The position numbers were made by a program, and so were the translations under genes. The notes under the pieces were generated by a model that was not told the DNA's origin, did not search any database, and worked only from the letters and a program-made list of their open reading frames with translations. From contig CAZUYE010000002.1 of assembly GCA_964624925.1 (NCBI GenBank), forward strand, positions 688 through 64,687: a stretch of 64,000 bases of DNA. Direction: 5' to 3'. This document shows positions 57,696 to 64,000 of the stretch, in pieces (position 1 is the stretch's first letter; each line of letters begins with the position of its first letter). The stretch comes from an uncultured Oscillospiraceae bacterium (GTDB lineage: Bacteria > Bacillota > Clostridia > Oscillospirales > Oscillospiraceae).

Positions 57696-58430
57696 ATGGA
57701 ACGGATCGCGCTGGTAACAGGCTCATCCCGGGGCATCGGGCGGGCCGTGGCGACGGAACTGGCCCGCCGGGGCTGGGCCGTGTGCATCAACTATCGGGTG
57801 CGGGAGGACTGTGCCCGCTCGCTGCTGGAACAGCTGCAGGGCGAGGGCTGCCGGGTCATGGCCGTGCAGGCGGACGTGTCCCAGCAGGAGCAGGTGCAGC
57901 GGATGGTGGAACAGGTGCAGGAGACCTTCGGCCCGGTATCGCTGCTGGTGAACAACGCCGGTGTGGCAGGGCAGGCCCTGTTCCAGGACATCACCCCCGA
58001 GCTGTGGCACCGCTACTTCTCCGTCAACGTGGACGGTGCCTTCCACTGCATCCAGACGGTGCTGCCTCCCATGCTCCACGAGCACCAGGGCTGCATCGTC
58101 AACATCTCCTCCATCTGGGGCCAACGGGGCGCCAGCTGCGAGGTGACCTATTCCTGTACCAAGGCCGCTCTCATCGGCCTGACCCGCTCCTTGGCCATGG
58201 AGCTGGCCCCCACCCACATCCGGGTGAACTGCGTGGCCCCCGGCGTCATCCGCACGGATATGCTGGACGCGCTGCCGCCGGAGGTACTGCCTCAGCTGGC
58301 AGAGCAGACGCCTCTGGGCCGCCTGGGCACGCCAGAGGACATCGCCCACGCCGTGGCCTTCCTGGCCGATGAGCAGTCCTCCTTCATCACCGGGCAGGTA
58401 TTGACCTGCGACGGCGGCTTTATCCTGTAA
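57696..58430 (+). CDS. SDR oxidoreductase, YmfI-like (EF-P 5-aminopentanone reductase) / FabG family
   Basis: TGSSRGIG, NNAG, ISSIWG..GASCEVTYSCTK. Confidence 0.85.
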   Translation: MERIALVTGSSRGIGRAVATELARRGWAVCINYRVREDCARSLLEQLQGEGCRVMAVQADVSQQEQVQRMVEQVQETFGPVSLLVNNAGVAGQALFQDITPELWHRYFSVNVDGAFHCIQTVLPPMLHEHQGCIVNISSIWGQRGASCEVTYSCTKAALIGLTRSLAMELAPTHIRVNCVAPGVIRTDMLDALPPEVLPQLAEQTPLGRLGTPEDIAHAVAFLADEQSSFITGQVLTCDGGFIL

Positions 58431-58518
58431 TTCGGCAAAATCGCCGCGGCCCGCCCGTTCTGCCCGCCGCCGGCGGGACATATAGTGATAGTGCAGTTCG
58501 GCTTAGGAGTGGTGCGCT

Positions 58519-58767
58519 ATCAAAGGCAACATGGAGGAGCGGGCCTGTCAACTGGCCCTTTACCTGATCGAGAACCGGACCACCGTGCGCGCGGCGGCCC
58601 AGAAATTCGGCATCAGCAAGTCCACGGTGCACAAGGATCTGGCAGAACGGCTGCCGCTGTATAACCGGGGCCTGTATCTGCAGGTCAAGGAGGTGCTGGA
58701 GGAGAACAAGGCCCAGCGCCACATCCGCGGAGGCCTTGCCACCCGCCGCAAGTATAAGGGGCAGTGA
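58519..58767 (+). CDS. spoIIID: Sporulation transcription factor SpoIIID
   Basis: EERAC...TTVRAAAQKFGISKSTVHKDL.ERL...NK..RHIRGGLATRRKY; start 58519 (ATC) or 58531 (ATG). Confidence 0.95.
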   Translation: MKGNMEERACQLALYLIENRTTVRAAAQKFGISKSTVHKDLAERLPLYNRGLYLQVKEVLEENKAQRHIRGGLATRRKYKGQ

Positions 58768-58782
58768 GTCCCGCCCAAATAG

Positions 58783-58835
58783 CAAAAGACCGGTTCCCTC
58801 TTTTACTGGGGAGGGAACCGGTCTTTGTCGTTTTT
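58783..58835. terminator. Bidirectional terminator
   Basis: CAAAAGACCGGTTCCCTC-loop-GAGGGAACCGGTCTTTG. Confidence 0.8.
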
Positions 58836-60046
58836 TACCGCTTGGGCGTGCGGATGGTGCAGCCCACGGCACCGCCCACCACCAGCAGCCCCATAACGAT
58901 GAGGATGATGGCCTGGTAGGACTGCGTGGCGTCGAACACGGCCCCGGCGGCGGTGGAGCCAAAGGAGGCCACCAAGATGTTCATGTTGACGATGGAGAAG
59001 TTGGCGGGATAATTCTCCCGGCCAAAGAACTGGCCCACGAAGGCAGAATTGGTGGGCATGACGCTGCCATAGGCCAGGCCTGTCAGCACATAGGCCGCCG
59101 TCAGCAGCCACAGGGCGTGGCTGCTCAGAGCCGCCAGCAGCAGCGCCATGGCCAGCAGGAACAGCCCGCCGCCCAGGAGCATGGTCTTGAAGCGGCCCAG
59201 CCGGTCATACAGCCCGCCGAACAGGATGCGGCCCAGACCGTTGGCGATGAACAGCACGCCCACGATGGTAGCCACGGCGTCCATGGAGAGCTCCGGGCAG
59301 ACCTCCAGGGCCATGGGCGTGCCCTGGGAGATGATGGCCAGGCCCGCCACCGTCAGGAAAGTCGCCCACAGGATGTACTTCCAGAAGGAGCACCGCCGCA
59401 GCATGGCGGAAGTGCTCAGCTCCTCATAGCTCTCCGTCTTCCGCCCGCCGGCGGCCGCCGGCGGCGTCCAGCTGCTGTCCGGCTTGGCGATGAAGCAGGC
59501 TGCCACGGCCAGCACCACGCACAGCACGATGCCCAGCACCAGGAAACTGCTGCGCCAGCCGTCGCCGCTGTCGCTGGGAGTCAGGGCGGTGTAGACCTTG
59601 CCCACCAGGAAGCTGCTCATGCCAAAACCCATCAGCAGCACGCCGGAGATCAGGCCCGGCTTATCCGGAAACCAGGCGGACACGCTGCTCATCACGGCAT
59701 TGTAGGCCACGCCGGAGGCAAAGCCCGCCAGCACGCCAAAGCCGATGTACAGCAGCAGCAGGCCCTCCGCCCGGGAGGCCAGGAAGAAGCCCAGCAGAAA
59801 CAGCACCGCCGCCATCCACAGCAGCGTCCGGCAGGACAGGCGCTTTTGCAGCTGCCCACCCACGAAGCCGCCGATGCAAAAGGCGGCCATGGTGATGGTG
59901 AAAGTCATGGACAGCTGCCCCTTGCTCCAGTCGGGGAAGCAGGCCGCAATGGGAGCCTGCAGCACCGTCCAGGCATAGACCAGCCCGGCCAGCAACAGCA
60001 CGGCCACGCCCACTACAACGCGGCCCCAACGATAATGGCTTTTCAT
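58835..60046 (-). CDS. MFS transporter, OFA (oxalate/formate antiporter) family
   Basis: GLVYAWTV, WFPDKPGLISG, NGLGRILFGGLYDRLG; ~12 TM. Confidence 0.88.
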   Translation of the reverse strand: MKSHYRWGRVVVGVAVLLLAGLVYAWTVLQAPIAACFPDWSKGQLSMTFTITMAAFCIGGFVGGQLQKRLSCRTLLWMAAVLFLLGFFLASRAEGLLLLYIGFGVLAGFASGVAYNAVMSSVSAWFPDKPGLISGVLLMGFGMSSFLVGKVYTALTPSDSGDGWRSSFLVLGIVLCVVLAVAACFIAKPDSSWTPPAAAGGRKTESYEELSTSAMLRRCSFWKYILWATFLTVAGLAIISQGTPMALEVCPELSMDAVATIVGVLFIANGLGRILFGGLYDRLGRFKTMLLGGGLFLLAMALLLAALSSHALWLLTAAYVLTGLAYGSVMPTNSAFVGQFFGRENYPANFSIVNMNILVASFGSTAAGAVFDATQSYQAIILIVMGLLVVGGAVGCTIRTPKR

Positions 60047-60151
60047 GTGATGTTCTCCTTCAATTTGTTCTCTTTGTTCTCTCCCGCCGCGGCGGGGCAA
60101 AATGAGACCTCCGGCCATGAACCGGAGGCCCATTTGTACGCTTTTATGTGC

Positions 60152-61447
60152 TCAGGAGCCGTGTCCCACCCGGGGGCGCTCAGCATCCCGCTCGTCGTCC
60201 TCCTGGGGCAGGCGCTTCACGCGCACCTCCATGATGCGCCGGTGCTCTACCCGGGTGATGCCCACCTCCAGGCCGTCGCTGTGGAATACGTCGCCCACGT
60301 CGGGCACACGCTCCATCACCTCGATGATCCAGCCGGACACGGAGGCGGCGTCGTACTCCTCAGAGGGATGTACATCGAACAGGTCAAACAGGTCGTCCAC
60401 ATCGGCGGAGCAGTCCACCAGGTAGCTGCCGTCGCTCTGGGGCCGGAACTCCTCGATAACCTCATCGTGCTCGTCCCAGATGTCACCCACCAGCTCCTCC
60501 ATGATGTCCTCCATGGTCACGATACCCTGGGTGCCGCCGTATTCGTCCACCACCACGGCCATGTGCACCTTCTTCTGCTGCAGCTGCCGCAGCAGGTCGG
60601 AGATCTGTGCCGTTTCGGTGGTATAAAAGACGGGGCTCTTTAGATCCGCCAGCCGTCCGCCGCCCCGGCAATAGGCGGCATAGAAGTCCTTCTCGTGGAC
60701 AAGACCAATGATATTATCGATACTGTCGTGATAGATGGGCAGCCGCGAGAAGCCGCTCTCAGCAAACAGGGCCGCCGCCTCATCCATGCTGGCATCGTCT
60801 GCCAAGGCCTCCAGATCCACCCGGGGCGTTAGGATGTCCGCCACCTCCATGTCGTTGAACTCGATGGCGTTGCGGATCAGGTCGCTCTCGTGCTGGTCCA
60901 GGTTCCCCTCAGTCTCCGCCTGATCCACCATGCCCATCAGCTCCTCCTCGGTGATGCCGTCATCCCCCTTGTGGCGGAAAACGCAGCGCAGCAGCTTCTT
61001 CCACAGGGCGAACAGGAAGTTCAGCGGATACAGGATCAGTGTCATCACCCGCAGCAGCGGCGTGGCGATGATGGCCCAGCCCTCCGGGTTCTCCTTGGCC
61101 AGGCTCTTGGGGGATACCTCGCCAAAGATCAGGATCACGATGGTCAGCACCGTAGCGGACACCGTGGGGCCCTTGGCCTCGCCGATAAGCTTGATGAACA
61201 GCACTGCGCCGATGGTAGTGGCCACGTTGTTGACGATGTTGTTGCCGATGAGCAGCGTGGAGAGTAGCCGGTCAAAATCGGTGGCCAGCTCCAGCGTCCG
61301 GGCGGCCCGGCGGTCGCCCTCATCGGCCCGGTTTTTCAGGCGGATGCGGTTGAGAGAGGTGAATGCGGTCTCCGTTGCAGAGAAGTAGGCGGACAGGGCG
61401 ATAAGCACCACTAGGGCCGCCAACATTGCGACAGTACTACTGTCCAT
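60152..61447 (-). CDS. HlyC/CorC (CNNM-CBS-CorC) family transporter
   Basis: FSATETAF, LIGNNIVN, FGEVSPK, SRLPIY, VVDEYGGT.GIVTMED. Confidence 0.92.
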   Translation of the reverse strand: MDSSTVAMLAALVVLIALSAYFSATETAFTSLNRIRLKNRADEGDRRAARTLELATDFDRLLSTLLIGNNIVNNVATTIGAVLFIKLIGEAKGPTVSATVLTIVILIFGEVSPKSLAKENPEGWAIIATPLLRVMTLILYPLNFLFALWKKLLRCVFRHKGDDGITEEELMGMVDQAETEGNLDQHESDLIRNAIEFNDMEVADILTPRVDLEALADDASMDEAAALFAESGFSRLPIYHDSIDNIIGLVHEKDFYAAYCRGGGRLADLKSPVFYTTETAQISDLLRQLQQKKVHMAVVVDEYGGTQGIVTMEDIMEELVGDIWDEHDEVIEEFRPQSDGSYLVDCSADVDDLFDLFDVHPSEEYDAASVSGWIIEVMERVPDVGDVFHSDGLEVGITRVEHRRIMEVRVKRLPQEDDERDAERPRVGHGS

Positions 61448-61584
61448 AGAAGAAATACCAACTCAGCTTTCATTATGAAATTTCAGGCAGTAAAATGTGC
61501 CTGATGTTTTAGTATAGCACGCTTTCCGCTACAGTGCAACTATTTCCTTTCCGGAAACACAAAAAAGCCACGCGAAACATCGTC

Positions 61585-62004
61585 TTATACCTGATTCTGC
61601 AGCAGCGTGGCAATCTCCATGGTCAGATCCTTCTTCAGCAGGAAGATGCGGCGGATGGACCGGATATACGCCTCCGTCATGCCGCCGTTGAGCCAGTCGA
61701 TGGTCAGGCCAAAGCACACGCATTTATAGTAGGCCACGATGGTCTGCTTGTCCTCCGGCGAGATGCTCTCCCCGGCCAGGGCCGTGTCCACATAGCTGCC
61801 CACAAAGTATTCGCACTCCATCATCAGGTTCCGCTCAAAGATCTCCCGGCTGATGGAGCGGCAGATGTGCATGATGGCCTTCTTCCGGTGGGAGGCACAG
61901 GCCGTCACCGCGTCAAAGTACTCCACAATGGTGGTCACGGCGGTATAGCTGCGGATGATGGCCTCCGCCGCCTTCTTGATGGCCAGCCGTGTGAAATTCG
62001 CCAT
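61585..62004 (-). CDS. TetR C-terminal-domain protein lacking the HTH (possible pseudogene)
   Basis: TetR-type start MANFTRLAIK joins directly to the ligand domain; C-terminal IVAYYK..FGLTIDWLNGGM. Confidence 0.6.
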   Translation of the reverse strand: MANFTRLAIKKAAEAIIRSYTAVTTIVEYFDAVTACASHRKKAIMHICRSISREIFERNLMMECEYFVGSYVDTALAGESISPEDKQTIVAYYKCVCFGLTIDWLNGGMTEAYIRSIRRIFLLKKDLTMEIATLLQNQV

Positions 62005-62175
62005 GGCTCCTGCGCCTCCCTTTCCTGTTTTCGGGCATGACCCGTGTGTGCATTTTATCACGCCCCGCGGCTATTCTCCAACTCTTTTTTCGCTGACAGC
62101 AGCACAAAACATACACATTTCCCGCCCTCTGCGCGAAAAAAGGCCGCTGCAGCTGCAGCGGTCTCTCTCGCTTAT

Positions 62176-63066
62176 TTACGTCTGCTCCAGGCAGCGCTGA
62201 TAGGTATCCCAGAAATCGTCGTTCATCTCGTACACCGTGCGGCCCAGGCGGATACCGCCGTTCAGGCGGGTATGACGGCACACGGCCAGCAGCTCGTCCC
62301 CCTCCGGGCAGCAGCCATAGGCCAGCAGCGTGCGGGGATCCTTCCGGGCCCATTGACCCAGCCGGACGGTCTGGCCGCAGTAGGGGCAGGGCAGCTCCGC
62401 CAGCTCCGGATCGGCCTGCGCCGCCTCCAGGCTGGGATAGACCCGGCCGGTGACCAGGCCGCTCAGGCGGTCGGCGGCATAGCCCACATAGCGCAGGCAG
62501 TATTCCTCCAGACAGCTGTCCAGGTCCATATGGCCGCAAATCTGCACGGTGTTGCGGGCATCGTTCAGAGCATCGTGTGCCCGCTCCGGCGTCAGCCGCA
62601 GCAGCTCCATGGCCCGCTCCAAGGAGCACTGACGGTCGTCCCGCATCAGCTCGTGGCCAAATATCCGCTGCAGGTCAAAGCAGCAGGGCACCTGATCGGC
62701 GGGGAGGCCGTGCATCAGCATGTTATCCAGCAGCACCGGTATGTCGTCCGGGCCCCAGGAGCACAGGCAGCAGTCCTCGCCGCACCAGTCCAGGAAGGCC
62801 TGGCAGGCCGCCGGAAAATCCGGGGCCTTTTCCAGCTCCTGGGGGCGGATCTTGGTCAGCTGCACCACGCTGCCGTTCATGTGGGGATAGAAACGGGGCC
62901 GTACAAAGCTTTTGAAAGAGGAAACCTCCTCAAAGCGCCCGTTCAGCTTCAGTGCGCCGATCTCGATGATCTCAGAGTCAAATACAAAGGGCTGGGTGAT
63001 GGTATCCGCAGCGGTCAGCGGCTGGTTCCACTCCAGATCCAGAACGATATAGCAGGGCTCAGTCAC
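62176..63066 (-). CDS. DEDDh 3'-5' exonuclease with C-terminal Cys-rich domain
   Basis: YIVLDLEWNQ, EIIEIGA, SWGPDD, AHDALNDA, CPYCG. Confidence 0.85.
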   Translation of the reverse strand: MTEPCYIVLDLEWNQPLTAADTITQPFVFDSEIIEIGALKLNGRFEEVSSFKSFVRPRFYPHMNGSVVQLTKIRPQELEKAPDFPAACQAFLDWCGEDCCLCSWGPDDIPVLLDNMLMHGLPADQVPCCFDLQRIFGHELMRDDRQCSLERAMELLRLTPERAHDALNDARNTVQICGHMDLDSCLEEYCLRYVGYAADRLSGLVTGRVYPSLEAAQADPELAELPCPYCGQTVRLGQWARKDPRTLLAYGCCPEGDELLAVCRHTRLNGGIRLGRTVYEMNDDFWDTYQRCLEQT

Positions 63067-63796
63067 GGCGTCTGGCCCGCTCCTGGGCCTGGCCACGGCG
63101 GACAGCCTCCTGATACTGCTCCTCCGCCTCCGCTACCGCCTCCGCGACGACCTCCTCGGCCAGTGACTTCAGGTCAAAGCCAAGCACCTCGTCGATAATG
63201 CGCTGCTGCTCCTGCGGATCAATGTGATACAGCGTCATGCCGAAGGTCAGATAGCGGCGCAGCTTCTGCTCCAGGGTGAAGTCCGGGGTGCAGGGCTGGG
63301 CCATATAGTTGCGGGTGATGCCGGAGTTGGCGATCTCGATCTCATAGAAGTCCCGGCGGCGGTATTGGGGCATACTGTCGCTGAACAACTCCACCAGTTT
63401 GTCGGTGACGACCTCATAGATAAAGTCCAGGGTGATCTTGTAGGAGAAGGACGAGACATACAGCTCCCGCAGGCCCTCTGAACGCTCGGCGATGGCCAGC
63501 TGGATGGCAGGCTCCAGCACATAGAACATGACCCGTGCGTAGTCATCGCCATAGCGCTCCCGCAGGGCCTTGTCGGTGATGGCAAACTGCTTTGCATACA
63601 TCCACTTGGTCAGGCTCAGCAGCAAGGACTCCTTGTTGGGGAAAACAGCAAAGAATGTGGACGTGGTCATTCCGGCCGCCTTTGCTATGGCCGTGGTAGT
63701 GGTGTTTTCGTATCCGTTCTCCAAAAATAATTTGATGGCGGTGTAGATCATCCGGCTCTCCCGCTCGGCGATCTTCGGCTGTGCTCCTCTTGGCAT
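63059..63796 (-). CDS. TetR/AcrR family regulator
   Basis: LFLENGYENTTTTAIAKAAGMTTSTFFAVFPNKESLL. Confidence 0.88.
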   Translation of the reverse strand: MPRGAQPKIAERESRMIYTAIKLFLENGYENTTTTAIAKAAGMTTSTFFAVFPNKESLLLSLTKWMYAKQFAITDKALRERYGDDYARVMFYVLEPAIQLAIAERSEGLRELYVSSFSYKITLDFIYEVVTDKLVELFSDSMPQYRRRDFYEIEIANSGITRNYMAQPCTPDFTLEQKLRRYLTFGMTLYHIDPQEQQRIIDEVLGFDLKSLAEEVVAEAVAEAEEQYQEAVRRGQAQERARRRD

Positions 63797-64000
63797 GGTG
63801 TCCTCCTTTTTGCGGTGTGCGACCCTCTCAAATGCTTTAAAACACGAGTCTGTAGAACTTCCAAAATCTTACTCGTTTAGTCATAATTTTAACACGACTT
63901 GTAAGGTTTTTCAATGGGAAAAATCAAAATTATGTAAAGCGTTTTTCCAGATAATGAACACTTTTTGTCCGTTTTGTTCCGCTTGGCACAAAACGTTTGT

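Overview
High-GC Clostridia (Oscillospiraceae-like; inferred from gene content and codon style) chromosomal window. 1-28.9 kb is mostly housekeeping: the start of the S10 ribosomal operon, a YtlACD-like ABC transporter, a nucleoside ABC transporter, nifJ, a comM-like ATPase, thiI, cinA, T-box-ileS and a PLP racemase. The main feature is a ~22.7 kb co-oriented cluster (29062-51715) behind a consensus sigma-A promoter. Gene order: XRE regulator, small membrane protein, membrane-anchored Zn-ribbon GTPase, GrpE-like protein, lid-less Hsp70, Hsp70-vWA fusion, J-like/Zn-ribbon/FN3 protein, soluble GTPase, GAP1-N2-like protein, 56-aa peptide, 1045-aa HerA-like ATPase, 77-aa peptide, transglutaminase-like protein, second membrane GTPase, three membrane proteins, LHH nuclease toxin, SMI1/KNR4 immunity protein. 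The toxin N-terminus shares a motif (EL.AELD.KY..Y..EG) with the 77-aa peptide next to the ATPase. I infer a GTPase/Hsp70-driven conflict or toxin-export system. It is followed by tRNA-Val(GAC), which carries a ~4.4 kb decayed mosaic mobile element between 109-bp direct repeats, then ymfI-like, spoIIID, MFS, CorC-type, TetR and exonuclease genes. All family calls come from motif recognition by eye; no searches were run.
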